Shown here in pieces: positions 37,808 through 47,980 of a stretch of 64,000 nucleotides of DNA. Below the pieces are notes generated by a model that had not been told where the DNA came from, made no database searches, and saw only the letters and a list, made by a program, of their open reading frames with translations. The DNA is taken from the NCBI GenBank assembly GCA_003598025.1, contig QZKH01000006.1, forward strand, positions 172,035 to 236,034. The letters run 5' to 3'. The position numbers and the translations under genes were made by a program. The DNA comes from Candidatus Omnitrophota bacterium. Its GTDB lineage: Bacteria; Omnitrophota; Gorgyraeia; Gygaellales; Profunditerraquicolaceae. Positions within the stretch are counted from its first letter, which is position 1; every line of letters begins with the position of its first letter.

Positions 37808-38501
37808 CGAACATATTTTTGTGTTTAAGGCAGATAAATATCGGAAATATATAATTATTGCCCTGATAGTATTGCTTTTTTTGTTATTTGGCTCTCTCAG
37901 TATATCCAGATATATAGCTGCAGAAAGTTTTATGAAAGCAGAGGAGCTATTTAATAATGCCCAGGCAATAAGCGAAGATATTTTATTAGAAAAATCGTTT
38001 GCGTATCAAAAAACTATTAGATTATTAAATCGGGCAATTTCTCATAACAAATACAATGCCGATTATTACAGTTTCCTTTCAAGTTTATTATATACGGTAG
38101 TTGATAATCAGTCTCTTGCCGAACTCATTATGATCAATAATAAGGATTACTTTAAATCTCATAAGATATTGGATGCTGCCGAGTGGTATCAGGCGGAAGC
38201 TATTTTAAGGAATCCTGCCAATTACCTGTATTATTATAAGCTTGCTGAATTGTATATTAAATCCGGAGATACTATTAAGGCCGAAGAACAGCTGAAGAAG
38301 TCTATTCTATTTGATCCGCAGAATATAAATTTGAATCTTTCGCTGGCAAAGTTTTATTTAGACAGGGGAGATAGCGAGGAGTTTAAGAAATACCTCAAAG
38401 TTGCAATGGGCTTAGACAGGCTTGAATCAAAAGGCAAAGTATCTGAGAAGATGAATAATTTCCTAATAGGTATTGGGCAGGAGGGGGCTGTTACCGAATG
38501 A
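37791..38501 (+). CDS. Membrane-anchored TPR protein
   Basis: N-terminal TM; helical TPR-like repeats (AILRNPAN, SILFDPQN). Confidence 0.7.
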   Translation: MSTANSEHIFVFKADKYRKYIIIALIVLLFLLFGSLSISRYIAAESFMKAEELFNNAQAISEDILLEKSFAYQKTIRLLNRAISHNKYNADYYSFLSSLLYTVVDNQSLAELIMINNKDYFKSHKILDAAEWYQAEAILRNPANYLYYYKLAELYIKSGDTIKAEEQLKKSILFDPQNINLNLSLAKFYLDRGDSEEFKKYLKVAMGLDRLESKGKVSEKMNNFLIGIGQEGAVTE

Positions 38502-39601
38502 AGATATTGGTCGTTGGTGCCGGGCCCGTAGGGTCTTATGTTTCCAGGCTTTTGCAAAAGAAGGGCAAAAACCTGGATATTACTGTCATTGAAGAACATC
38601 CTGAAGTCGGCAAGCCGGTGCATTGCGCCGGGCTTGTAAGCACTAAAGTATTTAGCGAAATAAGCCTGCCGTCTTTAAGTAAGAATCTCGTGCTTAACAA
38701 GATAGATGGGGCGGATTTTCATTTTGAGAATGAATCCTTCAGGATAAGAAGAAAGAACGCGGCTTTTGTAATAAACCGGAAGGATTTTGATATTTCTCTG
38801 GCAGAAGGCTTAAACATTGATTTTAATACTAAATTTGTCGGCATAGAGAAGAACCATAAATTTTTCATTGTTGAAACCGACAAAAGGGAATATGAGGCAG
38901 ATATAGTCATAGGCGCAGACGGTGCTAATTCTTTAGTAAGAAAGGTATTAAACCCCTCAAATAGCATACAATGTTTGCGGGGAGTGCAGTTCAGGATAGA
39001 ATCCCGCCAGCATGAAAGCAATTTTGTGCAGGTTTATTTAACTGACGAATCTTTTGCTTGGGTGATACCTGAGAATTATGGCATCGTAAGGGTAGGGATA
39101 TTGTCCGATAATCCTTATAAAGACTTAACTGATTTTATTGAAAAGGTGGGGATAAAAGGAGCGATACTTGAAAAATTCGCCGGATTAGTACCGATAGGCT
39201 CATGCCTTACCCAAAACCAGGGCCTGGTTTTGGTTGGGGATGCTGCTTGCCAGGTAAAGCCTTTAACACATGGAGGTATTTATTACGGAATGCGATGTGC
39301 TGAAGTGCTTGCTGATTGTATAATAAATTCTAAGATTAATGAGTATGAAAAGAGATGGAAAGCCAAATTTGATAGGGAGATACAGATCGGCCTTAAAGCC
39401 AGGAAATTTTATCAAAACTTAAGCCGTGATAATAAGAAGAGAATATTCAAATTACTTAAAAATAACGTTAAAATCCTGGAGAAATTTGGTGATTTCGAGA
39501 ACCATTCCAGGGTAATTTCTGCACTAATAAAAAATCCATCTTTACAAAGTTTTTTCGGTAAAGTATTTATAAGTTTTTTAAGAAACAATTCTATTCCTTA
39601 A
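38498..39601 (+). CDS. Geranylgeranyl reductase family FAD oxidoreductase
   Basis: GAGPVG, HCAGLVS, GADGANS, FAWVIP, VGDAA.QVKPLT.GGIYYG. Confidence 0.82.
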   Translation: MKILVVGAGPVGSYVSRLLQKKGKNLDITVIEEHPEVGKPVHCAGLVSTKVFSEISLPSLSKNLVLNKIDGADFHFENESFRIRRKNAAFVINRKDFDISLAEGLNIDFNTKFVGIEKNHKFFIVETDKREYEADIVIGADGANSLVRKVLNPSNSIQCLRGVQFRIESRQHESNFVQVYLTDESFAWVIPENYGIVRVGILSDNPYKDLTDFIEKVGIKGAILEKFAGLVPIGSCLTQNQGLVLVGDAACQVKPLTHGGIYYGMRCAEVLADCIINSKINEYEKRWKAKFDREIQIGLKARKFYQNLSRDNKKRIFKLLKNNVKILEKFGDFENHSRVISALIKNPSLQSFFGKVFISFLRNNSIP

Positions 39602-39624
39602 TTTTTTTATAATCATTAAAAGCG

Positions 39625-40623
39625 ATGAAAATTTTTCTAATAGGCACTTTTATGCCATCCAGTATTGAATATTCCTACCTTAGGGCCTTCCTGCGCCTGG
39701 GCCATACCGTAAAATGTTTTGATACCACACACAAGAACCTTTTTATTAAGATAATCAAAAAAAAATTAGACAACCGAATAATTTTTTCGGAAATAAAAAA
39801 TTTTAATCCTGATTTAATATTTGTAATCAAGGGATATGAAGTATTGCCGGAGACAATTGATAAGATCAGGGATATTTCACGGGCCAGAATATTCTGCTTT
39901 AATAGCGATGATCCTTTTGAGATAACCATCAAGGGCACCAGCAACAGCAATATCCTTGATTCCATACCTTTTTATGATCATTATTTTACTTGGTCAAAAG
40001 TACTGTTAAATATCCTTAAGCAAAAAGGCGGCGCCAGGAACGTAGGGTATCTGCCTTTTGGTTTTGATTCATTTTTTCATTATCCGCAGACTTTATCTAA
40101 ACATGAAGCCGATAAATATTTCAGTGAAATAACCTTCGTCGGCAGCTGGGATGAGGAGAGGGAAAAATGGCTTAAAGAGTTAAGTAGTTTTAATTTAGGG
40201 ATATGGGGTAATTCGGATTGGTTGTTTAAATGTTCAGATAGATGGTTGAGGGGCAGATGGAAGAAAAAAGAAATGTTTGCTCAGGATATGTCAAAGGTCG
40301 TCGGTTCATCGCATGTATCGCTGAATATCTTGCGGTTGCAAAATAAGGGCAGTCATAATATGCGTACATTTGAGGCCCATGCAAGCCAGGCTTTTGTAAT
40401 CTCAGAGAGAAGCCCTGAAATCTGCGAATTATTCAAGGAGGATAGCGAAGCGGTATACTTTTCAGATCCCAAAGAAATGAAAGACAAGGTCGCATATTAT
40501 TTAAAAGCAGATTTTTTACGAAAAAAGATTGCCTTTTCAGGGTACAAAAGATGCCTGAAAAGCAGTTATTCATATCTGGATAGGGCAAAACAAGTATTGA
40601 AAACCTATGAAGAACTCAAATAA
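39625..40623 (+). CDS. CgeB-like glycosyltransferase (Glyco_trans_1_2)
   Basis: DDP, LPFGFD, FVGSW, SLNI, HNMRTFE, YSY..R. Confidence 0.82.
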   Translation: MKIFLIGTFMPSSIEYSYLRAFLRLGHTVKCFDTTHKNLFIKIIKKKLDNRIIFSEIKNFNPDLIFVIKGYEVLPETIDKIRDISRARIFCFNSDDPFEITIKGTSNSNILDSIPFYDHYFTWSKVLLNILKQKGGARNVGYLPFGFDSFFHYPQTLSKHEADKYFSEITFVGSWDEEREKWLKELSSFNLGIWGNSDWLFKCSDRWLRGRWKKKEMFAQDMSKVVGSSHVSLNILRLQNKGSHNMRTFEAHASQAFVISERSPEICELFKEDSEAVYFSDPKEMKDKVAYYLKADFLRKKIAFSGYKRCLKSSYSYLDRAKQVLKTYEELK

Positions 40624-41839
40624 TAATGAAAGAAAATCACGGATATTAAGCGTCTATAATTTTCTGGAAGAGAGAAGGGGCGCGCAGGTCACTTTTATAA
40701 ATTCAGCTATTTTTCTTAGAAATCAAGGGCATAAAGTAGATGTTCTAGTGCTGTCAATTTCTAAAAGTTTTAAGGATGAATTGGAGAGCCAAGGGATAAG
40801 CGTCTTTGACCTTAGGTTTAAACCCGGATTATTAAAAGTGTTGTTTTTAAATATGTTGATTAAGTTGTGTGTCAACCCCGTAGTCTTTATCAAATACAGG
40901 AATTTTGTCAAGAAACATGAGAGATGTTATGATCTTGCTTTAGTGCAGCATTCATATTTTACTCCGCTTATTTTACCCTCTTTGACTATACCCAGCGTAT
41001 ATTTCTGCCACGAGCCTCCCCGGGCGTTTTATGAGCCAAACGTCATTAATTATAATTCCGGGTTGAGTAAAATTATTAATTTTTTTATTATCTTCATAGA
41101 GAAGATTATTGATAAATGGTGTGTCAAGTCAAGTAGTTTGATATTAGCAAATAGTGAATATACAAGAGAGTTTATTTACAGGGTATATGGGTTATTTGCT
41201 GAGACTTGTTATCTTGGAGTTAATATCAATCATTTTAAGCCTACCAGTATAAACAAAGAAACAATGGTTCTTTCTGTGGGGGCATTAGAAAGGACAAAGG
41301 CGCATGATTTTATTTTACGCAGCTTATCGACTATCCCCGTAAATAAAAGGCCGTCTTTAACTATCGCCGGAAGCGGCCCTTTCAGGGAGAGGCAAAGGCT
41401 TTCAGATATGGCAAAAAGGACAGGAGTCAAACTTAATATTTTATCAGTCGATTCTGAAGGGATGGTTAGCTTGTATAACCAGGCAAAAGCTACTTTGATA
41501 GCCGGAATTATGGAACCTTTCGGTCTGGCTGCAATAGAATCTATGGCCTGTCAGACCCCAGTTGTAGCCGTAAAAGAGGCAGGTTTAAGAGAAACAATAG
41601 ATGAAAGTTGCGGTATCTTTACTAATAGAGACGAGCATGAGTTTGGCCGGGCAGTTATAGATATCATTGAAAATCCTCAATTGGCAAACATACTCGGCAG
41701 TAATGGCAGGAAAAGGGTAATTGAACGTTTTACCTGGTACGAATTGGCAGAAAATTTTGAGAAAAAAATAGAAAGTATTCTATTTAAGCATTTTGATTAT
41801 AAAAGAAATACGGAACCCAATATTATGGCAACAGGCTAA
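40607..41839 (+). CDS. GT4 glycosyltransferase
   Basis: CHEPPR, ANSEY, SVG.L...K, EPFGLAAIESMAC..PVV. Confidence 0.9.
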   Translation: MKNSNNNERKSRILSVYNFLEERRGAQVTFINSAIFLRNQGHKVDVLVLSISKSFKDELESQGISVFDLRFKPGLLKVLFLNMLIKLCVNPVVFIKYRNFVKKHERCYDLALVQHSYFTPLILPSLTIPSVYFCHEPPRAFYEPNVINYNSGLSKIINFFIIFIEKIIDKWCVKSSSLILANSEYTREFIYRVYGLFAETCYLGVNINHFKPTSINKETMVLSVGALERTKAHDFILRSLSTIPVNKRPSLTIAGSGPFRERQRLSDMAKRTGVKLNILSVDSEGMVSLYNQAKATLIAGIMEPFGLAAIESMACQTPVVAVKEAGLRETIDESCGIFTNRDEHEFGRAVIDIIENPQLANILGSNGRKRVIERFTWYELAENFEKKIESILFKHFDYKRNTEPNIMATG

Positions 41840-41859
41840 AAGATGCCTAGGGGCTAATA

Positions 41860-42927
41860 ATGGTCTGCGAAATGAATACAGGTTTCATAAAGAAGATCTT
41901 AATTTTTTCTCCGAACTGGTTAGGGGACGCCGTTATGTCTATGCCTATGATTTATGCCTTGCGGGAATCTTTACCTGGTTGCGATATAACCATAGTCTCA
42001 AGGCCTGGCTTAGTCCCTCTATGGCAGCAGAATGATTACTCAAAAGAGATCATCCCTTTTGACATATTTGATAAAACTACCGGGGTCAGAGACTATTTAA
42101 GGCTTTTTACGAAATTAAGGGGAAAATCATTTGATTTAGCTATAATTTTGCCTTCTTGCCTGCAATGGAGTTTAATCAGTTTATGCGCCGGTATCCGCTA
42201 TAGAATAGGGTTCAGCAATAATACTGGCAGTTTACTGCTATCAAATAAACTAGCTAATGATAGAGACAGAAAAATCCACATAATTGCTAATTACATGCGC
42301 ATTGCCAGGGCTATCGGCATTGAGGGTAAAGAATATATGCCGCAGTTGATGATAAGCGATAGATACGTAAATTTTGCAAATGATTTTTTCAAGACCAATA
42401 ATATCGATAAACAAGACATAGTAATCGGCCTGGCTCCAGCAGCCGCATATGGGCCTGCTAAGAGGTGGCCGGAAGAATATTTTGCTGATTTAGCGGACAG
42501 ATTGATAGATTCTTATAAGGCTAAGGTCATAATTTTCGGAAGCCAATTTGAATCAGACATTGGCTGCAAGGTTTCCGGATTAATGCGCAATGCACACGTT
42601 AATCTTGTTTCTAAGACCGATCTTATGGAAGCCGCCGGCTTGATAAATAAATGCAGCCTATTTATTACCAATGATTCTGGTTTGATGCATATTGCATCCG
42701 CATTAGGTGTCCGGCTTATTGCAATTTTCGGCTCGACATCTCCCTTATGGACAGGCCCATGTTTAAAAAAATCAGTAATATTAAAGAAGGATTTACCTTG
42801 TTCTCCATGTTTTAGCAGGACCTGCCATTTTGGTTCATACAAGTGCTTAACATCTATAACGGTTGAAGAGGCCTTTGAAGCGGCGATAGCCCAATTGAAA
42901 AATAATTCACCTGTAGGATTACAATGA
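41860..42927 (+). CDS. waaF: LPS heptosyltransferase II (GT9)
   Basis: PNWLGDAVM, APAAAYGPAKRWP, TNDSGLMHIA, FGST, CSPC...C....C. Start may be 41872. Confidence 0.88.
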   Translation: MVCEMNTGFIKKILIFSPNWLGDAVMSMPMIYALRESLPGCDITIVSRPGLVPLWQQNDYSKEIIPFDIFDKTTGVRDYLRLFTKLRGKSFDLAIILPSCLQWSLISLCAGIRYRIGFSNNTGSLLLSNKLANDRDRKIHIIANYMRIARAIGIEGKEYMPQLMISDRYVNFANDFFKTNNIDKQDIVIGLAPAAAYGPAKRWPEEYFADLADRLIDSYKAKVIIFGSQFESDIGCKVSGLMRNAHVNLVSKTDLMEAAGLINKCSLFITNDSGLMHIASALGVRLIAIFGSTSPLWTGPCLKKSVILKKDLPCSPCFSRTCHFGSYKCLTSITVEEAFEAAIAQLKNNSPVGLQ

Positions 42928-43700
42928 ATAAATTGTCAGCAAGTATAATTACATACAATGAGGAAAAAGATATCAGGGGTTGCCTTGAAGGCCTGTCTTG
43001 GGTTGATGAGATTGTTGTGTTAGATTCTTTCAGCAACGATAAAACTATAGAAATTTGTAAGGAGTTTAATAAAGTTAAAATATACCAGGTTGAATGGCAT
43101 GGGCATATAAAGCAGAAAAATATTGCGTTATCAAAAACCAGCCACGAATGGGTTATATCTCTGGACGCTGATGAACGGTTAGACCCGGAGCTTAAGCAGG
43201 AAATTGTGGAAATTATGCGAAAAGATGTATCCAAATTCAACGGTTATTGCATGCCGAGAATTTCTTATTATTTGGGAAGATGGATAAAACATTCTGGCTG
43301 GTATCCGAATTACCAGCTCAGGCTTTTTAGGAAAAGCCAGGCTTATTGGGGTGGGAGAGACCCCCATGATAAGATCATTTTAAATGGCGGGTGCGAGAAA
43401 CTTAAAGGCCATATCCTGCATTATCCCTATAAAGACCTAGATGAACATCTGCAAAAAATATCTAACTATACTTTCATCATGGCAAAAAGCGATTATGAGT
43501 GCGGAAAAAAACCTAATTTATTAAAGATTATTTTCTTGCCAGTTCTTAAATTTATTGATATGTACATTTTAAAAGCTGGTTTTCTTGATAGCACCCCTGG
43601 ATTAATAGCTGCATTTATGGGAGGGTATTATGTGTTTCTTAGGCACGCCAAGCTTTTAACTATGGATGTAAAGCTGGAGGATAATATTGTCGCCAAGTAA
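42924..43700 (+). CDS. GT2 LPS core glycosyltransferase (WaaE/LgtF-like)
   Basis: IITYNEE, DSFSND.T, QKN.A, LDADE, GWYP..QLRLF, GFLD...G. Confidence 0.88.
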   Translation: MNKLSASIITYNEEKDIRGCLEGLSWVDEIVVLDSFSNDKTIEICKEFNKVKIYQVEWHGHIKQKNIALSKTSHEWVISLDADERLDPELKQEIVEIMRKDVSKFNGYCMPRISYYLGRWIKHSGWYPNYQLRLFRKSQAYWGGRDPHDKIILNGGCEKLKGHILHYPYKDLDEHLQKISNYTFIMAKSDYECGKKPNLLKIIFLPVLKFIDMYILKAGFLDSTPGLIAAFMGGYYVFLRHAKLLTMDVKLEDNIVAK

Positions 43701-44787
43701 ATATCGGATTCTCCATATTAATTCAGAAGTTAATTGGTCGGGAGGAGAGGCTCAAACCCTGAATCTCTGTAAAGGTTTGTTAGAAAGAGGCCATAGGTGT
43801 ATTCTTGTGTGCCCGCAAAAAAGTATTTTGTCAGAGAGGGCCGGGAGGTCCGGCATCACTGTAAAGGATGTGGCGATGAGGAGTATCCTGGATTTAGCTT
43901 CAATAAAGCAATTAAACGCTATAATCAGAAAGAATAATATTGATATAGTGCATATGCATACTTATAAAGGGCATTTTCTGGGTGCAGTGGCTTCATATCT
44001 TTCTGGGGTAAAGGTTAAGCTTGTTACCAGAAGAATGGATTTTCCTATATCGAATAATGTGATGAATAGGCTTTTATATGGCGTGTTGGTTGACAAGGTT
44101 ATTTCAATTTCAGATTCAGTACGTAAAGAAGTTCAAAAGGTACTTCCCAAAGGAAAAGATTCTGAAGTTATTCATAGTTGCGTCGTTACAGTCGAATTTG
44201 ATCCTCTTGCCCGTAGAGAAAATATAAAGCTTAAGACTAAAAATAAAAATTTTGTTATAGGAACCGTTTCCAATTTGGTCAAAAGGAAAGGTATAAAGCA
44301 TCTCATTATTGCTTTTGGCAAAATGTTAAATGAATACCCTAATTTGAAGTTGCTTATTATCGGAGACGGGCCATTAAGAACAGATTTAGAATTGCTTGTA
44401 AGAGAGCTTAATCTCGCTAGTCATGTGAAGTTTAAAGGATTCGTAGAAGATGTAAAATCATATTTGCTTGATATGGATATTTTTGTTTTGCCTTCCTTAG
44501 AAGAAGCTCTTGGTCTTGCAATTATTGAAGCAATGGCTATGTCTTTGCCGGTCGTAGCATCAAAAATAGGCGGTATTCCTGAAGTAGTTGAGGATGGTAC
44601 CACGGGCCTGCTTGTAGATCCGGGTAATCCTGAGGAGCTGTCTTGCGCTATGAGATATTTATTAAGTAATCCAGAATTATTAAGAGCTATGGGAGAGAAC
44701 GGCAGGAAAAGGTCAGAACAATGTTTTAATAATGATATTTTGATATCAAAATACGAGCAGGTTTATAGAGAATTAATAGATGGGTAA
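43687..44787 (+). CDS. GT4 glycosyltransferase
   Basis: WSGGEAQ, RKG, GDGP, PSLEEALGLAIIEAMA, GGIPEVV. Confidence 0.92.
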   Translation: MSPSKYRILHINSEVNWSGGEAQTLNLCKGLLERGHRCILVCPQKSILSERAGRSGITVKDVAMRSILDLASIKQLNAIIRKNNIDIVHMHTYKGHFLGAVASYLSGVKVKLVTRRMDFPISNNVMNRLLYGVLVDKVISISDSVRKEVQKVLPKGKDSEVIHSCVVTVEFDPLARRENIKLKTKNKNFVIGTVSNLVKRKGIKHLIIAFGKMLNEYPNLKLLIIGDGPLRTDLELLVRELNLASHVKFKGFVEDVKSYLLDMDIFVLPSLEEALGLAIIEAMAMSLPVVASKIGGIPEVVEDGTTGLLVDPGNPEELSCAMRYLLSNPELLRAMGENGRKRSEQCFNNDILISKYEQVYRELIDG

Positions 44788-45964
44788 TATACCAATCAAG
44801 ACACATACGCATAAGTTAGCAGGATGTTGTATAGATTTGATCCTGAGGGTTTTTTCATTAGGTATCAAGTTAATATTTCTACCAATGCTTGCCAAACCCA
44901 AGGACCCCTTATCTCTAACTGGGATAAAAAGGGTTTTGATTTATGGCACTGTCGGGATAGGGAATATGGTCCTTTTTTCTTCAGTAATCAAGGCCATGAG
45001 AAAAAGCTTACCTCAAGCAGAGATAATCTTACTTTTTTTGAATAAAGGAGAATCCAGGAATGTAGTTTATGAAAGTAGTATTGTAGACAAAATTATCGTT
45101 TGCGGAAGGCTAAATATACCAGAAAAATCCAGAATAGCTTTTAGGATCAGGAAGTGGAAGCCGGATTTAATAATAGCCAGATTTGATAATAGTATAAGTT
45201 ATGCGTTGATTACAGCCTTAAGCAATTCCCCTTATAGGTTGGGCCAACTTTCGCAGAGCGATAATAAGAATTATTTTAAATTTCTGTATAATATAAAAAT
45301 GACAATGAATCTGGATAATCACGAAATCGATGATTATTTTTATTTAGTAAATAAAATCGGTATCAGCGCATTCGGTAGGAATCCTTATTTTTACCTGAGA
45401 GATAAAGACCTGAAGGCTGCGGAGCATTTTTTATCTTGTAATGGGCTTGGGAATGCTGAAAAATTTATCACTATTCAGTGCGGCACAAGCGATCATGCTA
45501 ATTGGAAACGATGGGATACCGGAAACTTTGTCAGTCTTATAAAATTATTATTTAAGAGGGGCATAAAGCCTGTTCTTGTCGGTTCAAAGAATGAAAAAGG
45601 CATCGAAAAGATTATTTTTAATCAGTTAGATAATGATCCGCTTAGTGCAATCGGAGTCTTGTCGCTTAAAGAAACAGCAGCTTTGATTAAAAAAAGTAGC
45701 CTTCTTGTCTGCCATGATAGCGGGCTCATGCATATTGCTGCTGCTGTCGGAACCAAAACGATTGCAATCTTTGGCCCAACTTCAACAAAGCGTACTTCAC
45801 CTATAGGGCCTGGGCACATAATTATGACTAAAGAATTCCCATGCAGGCCTTGTTATCCATTGGATGGGATGAAGGCATTAAGCTGTAAAGATAGAGTGTG
45901 TCTGGAGTCTTTGACTCCGGAAGAGGTAATGGACAAGATTTCTCAAACAATGAGCACGACTTGA
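44780..45964 (+). CDS. GT9 heptosyltransferase-family protein
   Basis: GIGNMVL, KRW, HDSGLMHIAAA, IFGPT, CRPC. Confidence 0.88.
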   Translation: MGNIPIKTHTHKLAGCCIDLILRVFSLGIKLIFLPMLAKPKDPLSLTGIKRVLIYGTVGIGNMVLFSSVIKAMRKSLPQAEIILLFLNKGESRNVVYESSIVDKIIVCGRLNIPEKSRIAFRIRKWKPDLIIARFDNSISYALITALSNSPYRLGQLSQSDNKNYFKFLYNIKMTMNLDNHEIDDYFYLVNKIGISAFGRNPYFYLRDKDLKAAEHFLSCNGLGNAEKFITIQCGTSDHANWKRWDTGNFVSLIKLLFKRGIKPVLVGSKNEKGIEKIIFNQLDNDPLSAIGVLSLKETAALIKKSSLLVCHDSGLMHIAAAVGTKTIAIFGPTSTKRTSPIGPGHIIMTKEFPCRPCYPLDGMKALSCKDRVCLESLTPEEVMDKISQTMSTT

Positions 45965-45977
45965 GAGCGCAAAGATA

Positions 45978-47900
45978 ATGGGCATAGTAAACAAAAAAGA
46001 AATAACCGCAAAAAAATTGATTATAAGCTATATCCCCATGTCGGGATCTATGTTTGAGTTCAGGTTTAAAGCCATATTAAAGAAAAAGTATCAAGATTGT
46101 TCTTTTGTTTGCCTTGACCTGCGCTCTCGCAGGATAATGGACGAAATCGGTTTGAAGTATAGCAAAACAGACAATTATCTGGATGAGAACAAAGCAGAGT
46201 TGTTTTTGAAAAGCTTTACAACCTTTTTTGACTTTTCTGAAAGCTCATTAAATATAAGCGCACTGTTGACTTCTGGCAGGTTAACCCTGAATTCCTATCT
46301 GAACATAATTAAATATGATTATTTGACCAAAGCCGGTCCTGCTTTTTTTATGGAATTTATTATCCGGGAGATTATATATAAAGAATCTCCTGATGAGGTG
46401 ATTATAATATTTGAAAGGGGGATTTTTCGTAAAGTTGCTTTAAATGTTTTAAAAGAAGCAGGGATAAAGCACGGCGCCGTTAATACCGCTATTGACGGAT
46501 TTATACTAAGGCCCATAGTGGCACTATTAAAAATCAAATCAGTGCTAAAGTCATTTTATCTGTATTGCTACGATGTCTTGCGATTAATAAAGAGACGTTC
46601 TTTTATATCAGCCAAGGTTTTTCAAAATAAAATCCTGTTTTCGGACCCAAGGATTCTTCCGGATAGAAGAGTAGTTGTCGCCGGCTATAATTTCGGTACG
46701 GAAATGACGCTTTCAATGGGAATACTTGATCGGCTTAGGCAAAACGGATGGCATGTGGATTTTATCAGTAGCTGTTTCAAAAACTTTACCATCCGGATGA
46801 TGACAACAAACAAAATAAATGTTTTTATTCTCAATTCTATGGTCCGAATTAAAGACGGAAAAATAATAAATCAATCGCTTAAGACTATACTTAATGAAAT
46901 AAGATTGAACGCTAACTCCGGCAAAGGATTATTTTATAAGCATAGCAATCTGGATTTTCTTGCTATTGATAACAAACTTCGCAGATATTTCTTTTCCTCC
47001 CGCGCAATAAAAGATATCCTGATTTATATTTTTGGGCTTCAGAAGTACATACATTTATATAAGCCAGAATTGTTAATTATTAATTCTGACGCGTCTTCTT
47101 TTGGTTATCTAGCGGTAAAGATAGCCAAAGAAAGCAATGTTGCTTCAGTTTCCTGCCCTGGTTTGTTCCAGCAATTTTTTAACAAATTTATGCCGTCTTT
47201 TGACCGAGGGTTATGCGATAAGCTGCTGGTATCGGGAGAACGGATAAAAGAACATTTAGTCAAAAATGGTTCGGCCCAAAACAGAGTGATAGCAATAGGT
47301 GTGCCTAACTGGGAGGCGGAGCTTAAAAAAAGAAGAAAATTAAATTATAAGGATTTTTGTAATAGCTTAAAGGTTTCTTCTGAAAAAGATATAATCCTTT
47401 TTACTTCGCAGGGTCTTGAGGAGGATGCTGAAATTATAAGGATGTTGATTAATTTGATGCGGGCTAATCCCGACAAACAATTAATATTTAAACTCCATCC
47501 ATGTGAAAATGGCGGAGCTAAGGCGCTAAGAATAAGGCTTTCTGGGCTGAAGAATATAAAAGTAGTAGACCGGTATAATTTATGGGAATTGATCGATGCT
47601 TGCAGGATACTTATAACTTGCACATCGGTTACCGTGCTTCAGGCTATGATATTGGATAAACCAAGTATAGTTATTAAACAGGGTTTCAGGCCTTATCTCT
47701 CCGATTTTATTAAAGAGGGGGGGGTTGTTATGGCGGAAGGCCCGAAATCTCTCGATTCTACCGTTAATAGGTTAGTGAAAGACGTGCAGTTCAGACAAAT
47801 GGTGATATCAAAAGGCAGAGATTTTATCGAAAAATACTGTAAAGCGCCTGTAGATACTTTGGATTATTTGACCGAAGCATTGATACGCACAGCCGGATGA
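45978..47900 (+). CDS. GT-B-like surface carbohydrate biosynthesis protein (CDP-glycerol transferase/capsule-synthesis-like C-terminus)
   Basis: CDKLLVSG, IGVP, LFTSQ, FKLHP.E, ITCTSVT.LQAM...KP. Confidence 0.6.
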   Translation: MGIVNKKEITAKKLIISYIPMSGSMFEFRFKAILKKKYQDCSFVCLDLRSRRIMDEIGLKYSKTDNYLDENKAELFLKSFTTFFDFSESSLNISALLTSGRLTLNSYLNIIKYDYLTKAGPAFFMEFIIREIIYKESPDEVIIIFERGIFRKVALNVLKEAGIKHGAVNTAIDGFILRPIVALLKIKSVLKSFYLYCYDVLRLIKRRSFISAKVFQNKILFSDPRILPDRRVVVAGYNFGTEMTLSMGILDRLRQNGWHVDFISSCFKNFTIRMMTTNKINVFILNSMVRIKDGKIINQSLKTILNEIRLNANSGKGLFYKHSNLDFLAIDNKLRRYFFSSRAIKDILIYIFGLQKYIHLYKPELLIINSDASSFGYLAVKIAKESNVASVSCPGLFQQFFNKFMPSFDRGLCDKLLVSGERIKEHLVKNGSAQNRVIAIGVPNWEAELKKRRKLNYKDFCNSLKVSSEKDIILFTSQGLEEDAEIIRMLINLMRANPDKQLIFKLHPCENGGAKALRIRLSGLKNIKVVDRYNLWELIDACRILITCTSVTVLQAMILDKPSIVIKQGFRPYLSDFIKEGGVVMAEGPKSLDSTVNRLVKDVQFRQMVISKGRDFIEKYCKAPVDTLDYLTEALIRTAG

Positions 47901-47980
47901 TTAAAGAATAACCGGTATTTAAATAACATCCTTATGATTATCTGATATGCGCATAATCATTTTTATACAAGAGGCATAAT

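Noticed and set aside
23103-39601. Archaeal-type ether lipid pathway (GGPP synthase + UbiA prenyltransferase + GG reductase)
   Set aside because: No GGGP synthase or G1P dehydrogenase is in the window, the UbiA protein has MenA-like motifs, and the reductase is 13 kb away in another operon.
47717-47724. G8 run as a phase-variation tract (also A9 near 39757)
   Set aside because: Short, in frame and near the 3' end of the gene; no evidence of length variation without reads.
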